From NCBI GenBank assembly GCA_950064505.1, contig CATMBT010000003.1, positions 51,538-115,537 of the forward strand: 64,000 nt of DNA. The letters run 5' to 3'. The translations under genes were made by a program, and so were the position numbers. This document shows positions 20,201 to 29,433 of the stretch, one piece after another (positions within the stretch are counted from its first letter, which is position 1; each line of letters starts with the position of its first letter). This DNA is from an uncultured Christensenella sp. Lineage in GTDB: Bacteria > Bacillota > Clostridia > Christensenellales > Borkfalkiaceae. The notes beneath the pieces were generated by a model. The model searched no databases and was not told the DNA's origin. It was given only the letters and a program-made list of their open reading frames with translations.

Positions 20201-21363
20201 TGCGAAATTACCTCGTTTAATATTTTTAATGATGTGTTTATCTCTTCTTTTGTTATCGTAAGCGGCGGCAACAACCTTACCTTGTCGTGAGCGGTGAGCA
20301 CAACCAAGCCTTTTTCAAGACACTCCTGCGCTATTTCTCTGGCGGGCTTTGTCGTTCCTATTCCTATCATAAGCCCCATTCCGCTTACCGACGTAACGTT
20401 TTTAATGTGTTCCAGATTGAGCTTGAAGTACGCGCCTTTGCCCTGCACTTCCAACAAAAGCTGCGGAGTAAGCCTCTCGACTATACTCACCGCACCCGCA
20501 CACGCCACGGGATTGCCGCCGAACGTCGTACCGTGATCTCCCCGCCCGAATATTCCGCCGCACTTACCGAAAAACATACACGCGCCTATCGGCAATCCGC
20601 CGCCAAGCCCCTTTGCCGTAGTTACGATATCGGGCGAAATTCCCGCCGCCTCATACGCGTACAGATAGCCCGACCTTCCGTTACCGCACTGCACCTCGTC
20701 GCATATGAGCAGAATGTCGCGCTCTTTACAGAATTTTTCAAGTTCTTTTAAAAATGTGAAATCGAGAACGTTTACGCCGCTCTCACCTTGAATTACTTCA
20801 ACCATTACCGCGCACGTCTTGTCCGTATAGCACGAGAATATGCCGTCCATTGTAGGCTCTGCATACTTAAAACCGTCTAAAAAAGGCTCGAAATACTTAT
20901 GAAACCCGTCCTGTCCCGTTGCCGTAATCGTAGCTATCGTTCTGCCGTGAAAGGAATTTTTGAGAGTTATTATCTCGTTGCGGTTGCCGTAACGCGTATT
21001 CCCGTACTTTCTCGCCGCCTTAATAGCGCACTCGTTCGCCTCTGCGCCGCTGTTACCGAAAAACACTTTGCTTGCGCCCGTCTTTTGGCAGAGCAGCTTG
21101 GCAAGCTCGATCTGAGGCAGTGAATAATAGAGGTTGCAAACATGCTGAACGCTGTCCAACTGAGCCTTTACGGCTTGCTTCCACTCCTCGTCGTTGACCC
21201 CGAAAATATTTACTCCGATACCCGTAGCGCAATCAATATACTCCTTACCGTTAAAATCGTATAATTTAGCGCCCTTGCCGTCCTTAAAAGCTACGCGATA
21301 ACGCGCATAAGTATCAGCAATATACAGGCTATCGTCTTCATAAATACCGTTCTTATCCATCAA
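20197..21363 (-). CDS. argD: acetylornithine aminotransferase
   Basis: 388 aa class III aminotransferase (GNSGAEANE, DEVQCGNGRSG, TTAKGLGGG), in arg operon context. Confidence 0.9.
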   Translation of the reverse strand: MMDKNGIYEDDSLYIADTYARYRVAFKDGKGAKLYDFNGKEYIDCATGIGVNIFGVNDEEWKQAVKAQLDSVQHVCNLYYSLPQIELAKLLCQKTGASKVFFGNSGAEANECAIKAARKYGNTRYGNRNEIITLKNSFHGRTIATITATGQDGFHKYFEPFLDGFKYAEPTMDGIFSCYTDKTCAVMVEVIQGESGVNVLDFTFLKELEKFCKERDILLICDEVQCGNGRSGYLYAYEAAGISPDIVTTAKGLGGGLPIGACMFFGKCGGIFGRGDHGTTFGGNPVACAGAVSIVERLTPQLLLEVQGKGAYFKLNLEHIKNVTSVSGMGLMIGIGTTKPAREIAQECLEKGLVVLTAHDKVRLLPPLTITKEEINTSLKILNEVISQ

Positions 21364-21388
21364 AGCAATTCCTCTACTAAAATAAAGA

Positions 21389-21409
21389 CTGATTTAACAA
21401 ATAAATCAG
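21389..21409 (-). terminator. weak AT-rich hairpin between argB and argD (possible partial terminator or processing site)
   Basis: 8-bp stem CTGATTTA/TAAATCAG with a 5-nt loop, followed on the minus RNA by UCUUUAUUUUA. Confidence 0.25.
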
Positions 21410-21412
21410 CCG

Positions 21413-22258
21413 TTATACAAACATTGTTCCGCTACCCTCGTCGGACAACAACTCTATTAAAATCGAATGAGAAACCCGTCCGTCGGTAATAAACACTTTC
21501 TTTACTCCGCGACGGATAGCATCTTTACAACACTCTATCTTCGGTATCATTCCACCCGAAATTATACCCTGTTTAATCAATGCAGGCACGTCGGACACGT
21601 ACACCTTTTTAATAAGACTGTCGGGATCGTCCTTGTTTTCGAGAAGTCCGCGAATATCGGTCATAAGAATAAGACTTTCGGCTTTAAGCGCACCAGCAAT
21701 AGCCGCCGCCGCCGTGTCCGCATTGACGTTATAGACGTTACCGCAGTCGTCATATCCTACCGTGGAAATGACGGGAACGTAACCCAAACCAAGTAAATCG
21801 GTGATAAGCTCGGTATTAATTTCGGTAATTTTACCGACAAATCCGAGGTTTTCGTCCTGTTTTTCACATTTGAGCATATGCCCGTCCTGTCCGCATATGC
21901 CAATAGCCTTACCGCCGTGCCTGCCTATGAGGTCGGCGAGCGATTTATTTACCTTGCCCGCAAGCACCATGCGTACAACCTCGGCAGTTTTCTCGTCGGT
22001 GTAGCGCAAGCCGTTAACGAACCGTGTTTCCATACCCATTTTATTTATGGTATCGGAAATCTCAGGACCGCCGCCGTGAACAAGCACAACTTTAATACCG
22101 AGTAAATTGAGAACGACAAGATCGCGCATGACTGACGATTTCAAATTCTCGTCTATCATCGCGTTGCCGCCGTACTTTACAACAAGTACCTTATTAAAAT
22201 ATTTTTTAATATAAGGCATAGCCTCAATTAAAAATTCGGCTTGTTCCTGTTTATCCAT
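21413..22258 (-). CDS. argB: acetylglutamate kinase
   Basis: 281 aa. Amino-acid kinase fold with VVKYGGNAM and VLVHGGGP motifs. Confidence 0.95.
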   Translation of the reverse strand: MDKQEQAEFLIEAMPYIKKYFNKVLVVKYGGNAMIDENLKSSVMRDLVVLNLLGIKVVLVHGGGPEISDTINKMGMETRFVNGLRYTDEKTAEVVRMVLAGKVNKSLADLIGRHGGKAIGICGQDGHMLKCEKQDENLGFVGKITEINTELITDLLGLGYVPVISTVGYDDCGNVYNVNADTAAAAIAGALKAESLILMTDIRGLLENKDDPDSLIKKVYVSDVPALIKQGIISGGMIPKIECCKDAIRRGVKKVFITDGRVSHSILIELLSDEGSGTMFV

Positions 22259-22259
22259 A

Positions 22260-23477
22260 TCAAGTCCTGTAATCGCCGTTTATTTTTACGTAGTCATACG
22301 TCAGGTCGCAACCCCAAGCCGTAGCCTTGGAAGAGCCTGAATTTAAATTGATATTTATAATTACTTCGTCCTGCGAAAGGATTTCTTTGGCAAGCTCTTC
22401 GGAAAATTCTATACCGAAGCCGTCTTTACATACGGGTAATTCACCTTTTGACGAGGCAAAGGACACGTCGATTGCGTTTACGTTTACCTTAACGCCCGCA
22501 TAACCAACCGCGCACAGCACTCTGCCCCAATTGGCGTCAGCGCCGAACATTGCCGCCTTGACCAGCGACGACTTAATCACCGAACGCGCAACCGCCTTAG
22601 CCGTACACTTTCTGTCCGCGCCGTAAACCCGACACTCTATCAGCTTAGTCGCTCCCTCGCCGTCCTTGGCAAGCATACGGGAAAGCTTGACGGTACAGTA
22701 ATTGAGCGCCTTGCAGAATGCTGTAAACGCCGCGCCCTTACTCGCGATAAGCTCATTGCCCGCAAGCCCGTTTGCCATTATGCAACAGGTATCGTTCGTC
22801 GATTGGTCACCGTCGACGCTTACCATATTAAATGAAGTTTTTACGTCTTCGGACAGTGCCTTTTGCAGCATCTCGGGCGTAATGGCAACGTCGCTCGTCA
22901 AAAAAATCAAATTAGTTGCCATATTGGGGCAAACCATACCGACGCCCTTTGCAATTGCACCTATCCTGCAAACCTTGCCGCCGCACTCAAATTCAACCGC
23001 AACCGTCTTTTTTACGGTATCGGTTGTCATAATAGCCTCCGCCGCAAAATCGCTGTTATCTCCAAGTCCGTTCCACAACTCGTCCATATGGCTGTCTATG
23101 GGCGCGATATCAAGCTTCTGTCCGATAACGCCCGTAGAAGCAACTATAACGTCGCGCCTGGCTATGCCGCCCGCGCTCTCAACAAGCGAACACATCGTTT
23201 CGGCAATTTCTAATCCGTCGGCATTGCATGTATTTGCGTTACCGCTATTACATATTATAGCTTGCGCAAAGCCGTCGGTCAAGTTATTTTTAGTAACAAC
23301 AACGGGCGCGCCTTTGACAAGATTACTCGTATAAACGCCCGCCGCCGCGGCGCGAACGTCGCTGACTATAAGAGCAAGATCCCTCTTAAATTTATTTTTT
23401 CTTATACCGCAGTGTATGCCGTTAGCCTTAAAGCCCTTCGGTGCACATACGCCACCCTGTATTTCAAAAATTTTCAT
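22260..23477 (-). CDS. argJ: bifunctional ornithine acetyltransferase / N-acetylglutamate synthase
   Basis: 405 aa. ArgJ autoproteolysis site region (NMATNLIFLTSD; canonical context is ATML) and overall ArgJ family sequence. Confidence 0.93.
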   Translation of the reverse strand: MKIFEIQGGVCAPKGFKANGIHCGIRKNKFKRDLALIVSDVRAAAAGVYTSNLVKGAPVVVTKNNLTDGFAQAIICNSGNANTCNADGLEIAETMCSLVESAGGIARRDVIVASTGVIGQKLDIAPIDSHMDELWNGLGDNSDFAAEAIMTTDTVKKTVAVEFECGGKVCRIGAIAKGVGMVCPNMATNLIFLTSDVAITPEMLQKALSEDVKTSFNMVSVDGDQSTNDTCCIMANGLAGNELIASKGAAFTAFCKALNYCTVKLSRMLAKDGEGATKLIECRVYGADRKCTAKAVARSVIKSSLVKAAMFGADANWGRVLCAVGYAGVKVNVNAIDVSFASSKGELPVCKDGFGIEFSEELAKEILSQDEVIININLNSGSSKATAWGCDLTYDYVKINGDYRT

Positions 23478-23524
23478 AGTACGATTCTTTCTTCTGAATT
23501 TTTTAAGCTTATATTTTTTTGCAA

Positions 23525-24457
23525 CTATATAAGCGAGGTTGTTTCATCAAGCCCGAACATAATATTCATATTCTGCACAGCCGCACCGGACGCACCCTTT
23601 CCCAGGTTATCGAACACGCTCGCAAGCAAAATTTGTTCATCGCTTCCCGTGACGTAGATATTCAAATTATTTGTGTCGGCGAGTGAATTTGCCGCCAAAA
23701 ACTGCGGAATTTTGTCGCTTTCAACAACTTTTATAAAGTTCTGTCTGGCATAGTACTCCGCAAAAAACTCTCTTACGTCATTTACTTTATATTTTTTATT
23801 CAAAAGCGAGGCATAGACAGGTACTGTAACGCACATACCGCAATAATAATCGCAGATAAACGGATTGAATATCGGTTTATGTTCCAATCCGCACTCCCTC
23901 ACCATTTCGGGCAGGTGCTTGTGAGTTAAGCCCAACGCGTATTCGCGCGGAGACGACAGCGAAATATCTCTGTCAGCGCTCTCATATTGCGCAATAGCTT
24001 TTTTACCTGCGCCCGAATAACCGGAAATCGAATGAGCAACAAAAGGATAATCGGCAGAAACAATACCCGCCTTTACAAGCGGCGCAACAAGCGTTATAAA
24101 TCCTGTTGCGTGACAGCCCGGATTTGCAACCCTCTTAGCATTTGCTATCTGTTCCCGCCTTTCATCTGAAAGCTCGGGGAGTCCGTATACCCATTCGGGA
24201 TTCGTTCTGTGAGCCGTTGACGCGTCGATAATCTTTGCTTTGGGGTTATCCACTAACGCCACCGCTTCTATTGCCGCTGCGTCGGGCAAGCATAAAAAGC
24301 TTACGTCTGCACTGTTCAGACATTCTTTACGGGCATTGACGTCCTTTCTTAATTCTTCCGAAAGAGTTATGATCTTAACGTCGGCACGTTTTTCAAGCCT
24401 GTCATAGATTTGAAGACCCGTCGTACCCTCTTTGCCGTCAATAAAAACGTTAATCAT
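23525..24457 (-). CDS. argC: N-acetyl-gamma-glutamyl-phosphate reductase (short type)
   Basis: 310 aa. Active-site Cys motif NPGCHATG, in arg operon context. Confidence 0.9.
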   Translation of the reverse strand: MINVFIDGKEGTTGLQIYDRLEKRADVKIITLSEELRKDVNARKECLNSADVSFLCLPDAAAIEAVALVDNPKAKIIDASTAHRTNPEWVYGLPELSDERREQIANAKRVANPGCHATGFITLVAPLVKAGIVSADYPFVAHSISGYSGAGKKAIAQYESADRDISLSSPREYALGLTHKHLPEMVRECGLEHKPIFNPFICDYYCGMCVTVPVYASLLNKKYKVNDVREFFAEYYARQNFIKVVESDKIPQFLAANSLADTNNLNIYVTGSDEQILLASVFDNLGKGASGAAVQNMNIMFGLDETTSLI

Positions 24458-25677
24458 TATTTAAGCTTCTTATTTTCGAGCAGAGCTTTTACCTTGATAG
24501 GTAATCCGAACAAGTTGATAAAGCCCTGAGAATCTATCTGGTCGTAGCAATCGTCCTCACCGAACGTTGCAATGTCCTCGCTGTAAAGCGAATGAGGCGA
24601 AGTTATTCCGGCGCACATTACGTTACCCTTATAAATTTTAAGCTTAACGTCGCCCGTAACGGTTTCCTGCGTCTTTGCAACAAATGCGTCAAGAGCCTCG
24701 CGCAAGGGTGTAAACCACTGTCCGTCGTATACCATTTCACCGTACTTAATTGCGATCAACTGCTTGTAGTGCTGAGTTGCCTTGTCAAGACAGATTGATT
24801 CAAGCATCTCGTGAGCCGTGTACAAAATCGTACCGCCGGGGGTTTCATACACGCCCCTCGACTTCATTCCGACAAGTCTGTTCTCTACCATGTCAACAAG
24901 CCCGACGCCGTTTTCGCCGCCGATTTTGTTGAGCTTTTCTATAAGCTCCACCGCGCCGAGTTTTTTGCCGTCAACCGCCACAGGCGTACCCTTCTCAAAG
25001 TGAATAGTTACGTAAGTAGCCTTATCGGGAGCTTTCCAAGGCGAAACGCCAAGCTCCAAAATCTTGTCATAATCGGGCTCGTTCGCAGGGTTTTCAAGAT
25101 CCAAACCCTCATGCGACAAGTGCCACAAATTCTTATCTTTGGAGTAATTTGTCTCTCTGTTGATTTTTAGAGGAATATTGTGCGCCTCGGCGTAATCGAT
25201 CTCCTCGTCGCGGCTCTTGATGTCCCAGATACGCCAAGGGGCGATTATTTTCATATCGGGAGCAAACGCCTTAATGGTAAGCTCGAAACGAACTTGATCG
25301 TTGCCCTTGCCCGTACAGCCGTGACAAATAGCGTCCGCGCCCTCATTCTTGGCAATTTCGACTATTCTCTTTGCTATTATGGGGCGAGCAAACGACGTTC
25401 CCAAAAGGTACTTATTTTCATATATAGCCCCCGCCATCATCGTTGGATAGATATAATCTTCTATAAATTCTTTCTTCAAATCCTCTATATAGAGCTTTGA
25501 AGCGCCCGTCTTTAAAGCCTTTTCTTCAAGACCGTCAAGCTCCGTAGTCTGACCGACGTCGCCCGAAACGGCAATAACTTCACAGTTATCATAGTTCTCT
25601 TTAAGCCAGGGGATTATAATGGACGTATCAAGTCCGCCCGAGTATGCAAGAACAACTTTTTTGATTTTCTTTTCCAT
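24457..25677 (-). CDS. argG: argininosuccinate synthase
   Basis: 406 aa. [11 protein letters not shown]-loop and overall ArgG sequence. Confidence 0.96.
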   Translation of the reverse strand: MEKKIKKVVLAYSGGLDTSIIIPWLKENYDNCEVIAVSGDVGQTTELDGLEEKALKTGASKLYIEDLKKEFIEDYIYPTMMAGAIYENKYLLGTSFARPIIAKRIVEIAKNEGADAICHGCTGKGNDQVRFELTIKAFAPDMKIIAPWRIWDIKSRDEEIDYAEAHNIPLKINRETNYSKDKNLWHLSHEGLDLENPANEPDYDKILELGVSPWKAPDKATYVTIHFEKGTPVAVDGKKLGAVELIEKLNKIGGENGVGLVDMVENRLVGMKSRGVYETPGGTILYTAHEMLESICLDKATQHYKQLIAIKYGEMVYDGQWFTPLREALDAFVAKTQETVTGDVKLKIYKGNVMCAGITSPHSLYSEDIATFGEDDCYDQIDSQGFINLFGLPIKVKALLENKKLK

Positions 25678-25729
25678 AAAATTATATCTCTTTTATTAAA
25701 ATTCAAGCCACCTTACGATAACCTGAAAT

Positions 25730-25758
25730 ATTATACAATACACTATTTTACAAGTCAA
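25730..25758 (-). promoter_or_regulatory. sigma-A-type promoter for argG and the downstream operon
   Basis: On the minus strand: TTGACT (25753-25758), a 17-nt spacer, then TATAAT (25730-25735). It lies about 50 nt upstream of the argG ATG. Confidence 0.6.
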
Positions 25759-25885
25759 GCAAATTATCCGTATATTTATGAAAAACAAAAAATATAAATG
25801 AATAATCTTTCAGCAAAATCGGCACATAATTTATAATTATACAAATATTAATTATTTTATGAATATTTAGAAATTAGCGCAATTC

Positions 25886-26530
25886 TCAATACAGCTCCGT
25901 GATGCGGGAGTATTTTTTTAATTGACGGCGCAATGATTTGTAATCGGGCAGAAATACAGACATTAAAGAATAGAATTTATCCGAATGATTCATATAAACC
26001 GTATGACACAGCTCGTGCACCGCCACGTAAATCCAGAATTTTTCGGGAGTCATAAGCAACTTATAATTGAATAAAATATTTCCCGAACCGTCACAGCATC
26101 CCCATCGCGATTTGTAATCTTTAAAGCCGACGCTCTTATACTTTAAACCGGTTTTAGCGCATAATTCGTCAAGCAAGCGAATAAAGCGCTCACCCAAATT
26201 GTCAACAAACAGCTTCTTTAAATCTTTTAACGACTTAACGCTTACCTCCTCAGAAGTAAACATATTTCTGCCGCCGATCGTGAACGGAACCGGATTACCG
26301 ACTACCAGCATATATTTGTAATCAATAATATCGGACAAAAAGCCATTTTTTGCATTGTTTTCGCTTATATGCTTTTCTATCCAAGCTTGTTTTGACTGAA
26401 TAAAGCGATTAATTTCAGCCTTTGAACACCCCTTTGGCGCGCTCACAATCAAGCTGTTGTCGGCTTTGATTTTTATGCTTATACTGCGCCGCGAGGAAAA
26501 CTTCAATTCATATTTCAATTCAGGCATCAA
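25886..26530 (-). CDS. YgjP-like (DUF45 / M48-related) zinc metallohydrolase
   Basis: 214 aa. Motif HELCHTVYMNHSDKF (HExxH...NHS) is typical of the YgjP/DUF45 family. Confidence 0.8.
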   Translation of the reverse strand: MMPELKYELKFSSRRSISIKIKADNSLIVSAPKGCSKAEINRFIQSKQAWIEKHISENNAKNGFLSDIIDYKYMLVVGNPVPFTIGGRNMFTSEEVSVKSLKDLKKLFVDNLGERFIRLLDELCAKTGLKYKSVGFKDYKSRWGCCDGSGNILFNYKLLMTPEKFWIYVAVHELCHTVYMNHSDKFYSLMSVFLPDYKSLRRQLKKYSRITELY

Positions 26531-27245
26531 ACTTTACCGAAAGCTGCACGCGCCTCTCTCCGTCAACTCTCCCCTCGACAGTCCAAGTGCCGTCCTCTTG
26601 TCTTTGTCTGTAAAACTCCAACTTTTCACCCTCTTTGCTCTGCTTCACGTATGTGACGCGAACCGTCGAGAGCGTACGCTCTTTCAGTTCGTCGACAGAA
26701 AACGCGTCCATAAGAAAATCGGCGTATTTGGTATTATTGGCATGGTAATAATGATCATAATCCGAATATGAAATTTTCTTAACGTAGCAGGGCTCAAACA
26801 CATCAATCTCGGGAATCTTCAAATTAATATCGGCTACGGATCTGAAATCGTTGTACTGCATTTCAGGAGTAAACACGACCGAACTTGGCAGCATTGAAAA
26901 GCTGTTCAAGTCGATAAGACACCACCTGGACGTCGCAACACCTATTTTCTCTCCACCGACAAAGAGCTCAAAGTCTCTGAGTACAATAAGTCGCTTAGGT
27001 TTAACCGGCCAGGTGTGAATCTCTAAAATGTCGTTGAGTTTTATTGCTCTGAACAACTCTATATACCAATTAACGATTACAAAGCCGATTTTTTTAGGTT
27101 GCAAAACCGAGTAGCCGAAGCCAAGTTCTTCCGCGGAAAGACAAGCCGATTCCTCCATCAAAGAAAGAAGCGACGAAAGTTTTAGTTCGTCTTTAAAATC
27201 AACGTCCGTATATCTGATTTCGTATTTCTTACTGTGACAATACAT
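26520..27245 (-). CDS. acyl-ACP thioesterase
   Basis: 241 aa. Double hot-dog acyl-ACP thioesterase pattern (YEIRYTDVDFKDELKLSSLL..., second half DYDHYYHANNTKY). Confidence 0.8.
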   Translation of the reverse strand: MYCHSKKYEIRYTDVDFKDELKLSSLLSLMEESACLSAEELGFGYSVLQPKKIGFVIVNWYIELFRAIKLNDILEIHTWPVKPKRLIVLRDFELFVGGEKIGVATSRWCLIDLNSFSMLPSSVVFTPEMQYNDFRSVADINLKIPEIDVFEPCYVKKISYSDYDHYYHANNTKYADFLMDAFSVDELKERTLSTVRVTYVKQSKEGEKLEFYRQRQEDGTWTVEGRVDGERRVQLSVKFDA

Positions 27246-27367
27246 TATTTTTATGTGTCCTTCTTTAAATTTTACAAAATAATATCACTTGCATTTAAAA
27301 TTGTCTATTGTTTTTAAAAAAAATCACTAATTATGCGTGACATAGTACCTTTTATTTTGTCAAAACA

Positions 27368-27396
27368 TTGACATTTATTGTGTAATATAGTATAAT
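27368..27396 (+). promoter_or_regulatory. consensus sigma-A promoter for the PadR-like gene
   Basis: TTGACA (27368-27373), a 17-nt spacer, then TATAAT (27391-27396). A GGAG RBS precedes the ATG at 27421. Confidence 0.7.
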
Positions 27397-27420
27397 TTTT
27401 ACAACATATGGAGTTTTAAT

Positions 27421-29304
27421 ATGAAAGACGACAATTTTAACAATATTGAAAATGACGATCCCTACGCCATCAGGGAAGACGATAATACCGCGCCTTACAG
27501 CGGTGAAAATCAACCCGACGCTCCCTCAGACAATGCCAATGCCGCGGAAGAAAGCAAGCCTGACGAGCCCCGCCAAAACGACGAACAGCAAGCCGAAGAG
27601 CCTGCGGACAGCTCGCGTAACGAGGAAGCAAATTCAATAGGCGCAGATATTATCCGCGGTCATATCAATACAATAATTCTACGCTCCCTCTATGAGAGAG
27701 ATAAATACGGCTATGAAATAATGAACGATATTGACGTCAAGAGCCACGGTCAATATTCATTGAAACAGCCCACGCTTTACAGCGCGTTAAAGCGCCTTGA
27801 AAACCAAGGTTACATAAAGGCCTATTGGAAGACGGACGAGGTCACTTCGGGCGGCAGAAGAAAATATTTTACGTTAACAGAAAGCGGTAAGGATATTACC
27901 GAGAAAAATCTCGCCGAATGGGAATATTCGAGGACTATTATAGACAGCCTTATATCCGATAGGTCGTTTGATTTTTCGCAACCCGCCCCCACCCCCGTCG
28001 ACTTCCATATCCTTAAAAATTCGGTTTCACGCGTTCCGATTGTAAGAAGCGACGAAGCGGACAGAGCGGCTCAAACAGGCGAGAGCGCCGTCGTGGCAAA
28101 TCAGCAGAACAGCCAACAGAATGCGTCCGAACAGACACAAAATAACGTTGCAAGCGATACTACCCCGTCAACGCCACCTAAACCGTCAACCGAACAAACG
28201 CAAAACAACAACGTTTCTGAAGGCACTCAGACTCAACAGCAGTCGGGCGTAGAACAAAACACTACTCAGCAGACCAACCGACAACCTGATCCAATTACTG
28301 AACAGCTTGCGCAACAGCAGGCAATTATCGCTCAGCAACAGCAGACAATCGAGGCGCAACAACAGGCTCTTGCCGTTCAGCAACAGGCATTTGAGGCTCA
28401 GCAAATTGCACAGCAACAACAAGCTATCGAGGCGCAACAGCAGGTCCTTGCTGTTCAGCAACAGGCTTTGGAGGCTCAACAAGTTGCACAGCAACAACAA
28501 GCTATCGAGGCAAAACAGCAGCCGCCCGAACCGCAAATCAGCCCCGAACAGGCGGCACAGGCGGAAGCGCGCAGAGTTGCTCACGAAAATTATTTGCGAC
28601 TTATTTCCGAGCCGGTACGCACGCCCGAGCCTCCCCGCGACGACGTCGTGCCCAATTCGGAAAACGTAAATACCGAGCGACTGATTTACAATAATCGCCC
28701 CGAAACGGAGCGCGACTATAAAAACCTCATAGACGGTGTCTACCGCAAAGCAGTGTCTAACGGCAGTGTGCAGACGTATACGCGCCCCGCTCCGAGATCA
28801 CCCGAACAACAGGCGCGCGTGCGCTTGGTCGACCGCGGCAGAGCCGACGGCGTTGCAGTTGCCGCTTCAAGCACGCACGACGTTGAAACTTACGCAACAA
28901 AAACTACTTATAATAAGGGAGCAACACTTCTTAAATGCTCGTCTATTGTACTTGCAATCTGCGCAATTGAATTTATTTTCTGCTTTATCTTCTTAGGACA
29001 ACTGAATACCAGCTGGATTTATCCCACCGTCATTCTGTTGCTTGGACTTATTCAGTTTATCGTATTCGGCGCAATGTTGCTCAGGGGCTACGGCAAGAAC
29101 TGCGTTATACCTACGACTAACGGATACATAAGTTCAGCGCTTATAATTACGTTTATTGCCATTCTGATTATTTCTGCGGTATCGTTCCTGTTAAACGTAA
29201 ACCCCAATTCGGCAAGCGACATAATGAAGATGATTGTCATTCCCTCCATTACGGCATTGAATATAACCGTGTTTGCAGTAAGCTTTAAACTCTTTATAAA
29301 ATAA
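27421..29304 (+). CDS. PadR-family winged-helix regulator fused to a Gln-rich coiled-coil region and a C-terminal multi-pass membrane domain
   Basis: 627 aa. Acidic low-complexity N-terminus, then a PadR core (IRGHINTIILRSLYERDKYGYEI...LKQPTLYSALKRLENQGYIKAYW...GGRRKYFTLTESG). A Q/A-rich repeat region follows. The C-terminus has 4-5 predicted TM helices (CSSIVLAICAIEFIFCFIF..., YPTVILLLGLIQFIVFGAMLL, ISSALIITFIAILIISAVSFLL, MIVIPSITALNITVFAVSF). Confidence 0.75.
   Translation: MKDDNFNNIENDDPYAIREDDNTAPYSGENQPDAPSDNANAAEESKPDEPRQNDEQQAEEPADSSRNEEANSIGADIIRGHINTIILRSLYERDKYGYEIMNDIDVKSHGQYSLKQPTLYSALKRLENQGYIKAYWKTDEVTSGGRRKYFTLTESGKDITEKNLAEWEYSRTIIDSLISDRSFDFSQPAPTPVDFHILKNSVSRVPIVRSDEADRAAQTGESAVVANQQNSQQNASEQTQNNVASDTTPSTPPKPSTEQTQNNNVSEGTQTQQQSGVEQNTTQQTNRQPDPITEQLAQQQAIIAQQQQTIEAQQQALAVQQQAFEAQQIAQQQQAIEAQQQVLAVQQQALEAQQVAQQQQAIEAKQQPPEPQISPEQAAQAEARRVAHENYLRLISEPVRTPEPPRDDVVPNSENVNTERLIYNNRPETERDYKNLIDGVYRKAVSNGSVQTYTRPAPRSPEQQARVRLVDRGRADGVAVAASSTHDVETYATKTTYNKGATLLKCSSIVLAICAIEFIFCFIFLGQLNTSWIYPTVILLLGLIQFIVFGAMLLRGYGKNCVIPTTNGYISSALIITFIAILIISAVSFLLNVNPNSASDIMKMIVIPSITALNITVFAVSFKLFIK
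28333..28521 (+). repeat. 78-bp in-frame tandem repeat, about 2.4 copies, inside the PadR-like gene
   Basis: Units at 28333-28410, 28411-28488 and a partial unit at 28489-28521. They encode QQQ(T/A)IEAQQQ(A/V)LAVQQQA(F/L)EAQQ(I/V)AQ. Copies differ at only a few positions. Confidence 0.9.
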
Positions 29305-29367
29305 AGACCATTAAGCGTTTTTGATATGCACACCGAAAATTAAACCAACTTATGATTTAAAAATTTT

Positions 29368-29394
29368 CCCCTCCGAAGCGAAGCTTCGGAGGGG
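29368..29394. terminator. bidirectional intrinsic terminator between the convergent PadR-like gene and rny
   Basis: Perfect 12-bp stem CCCCTCCGAAGC/GCTTCGGAGGGG with a 3-nt loop. T-runs flank it on both strands. Confidence 0.85.
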
Positions 29395-29433
29395 AATTTC
29401 TCTTTTGTATTTTATTATTTTGTCTTTTGTATA

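Noticed and set aside
28333-28521. Tandem repeat considered as a possible CRISPR or minisatellite
   Set aside because: The units are contiguous with no spacers. They are in frame and lie inside a long ORF, where they encode a Gln-rich heptad-like peptide repeat. This is a coding tandem repeat, not a CRISPR array.
29088-29333. 81-aa hydrophobic ORF on the minus strand
   Set aside because: It is antisense to the TM-helix region of the PadR-like gene. Its hydrophobic mirror sequence is a known artefact, and it has no start context.
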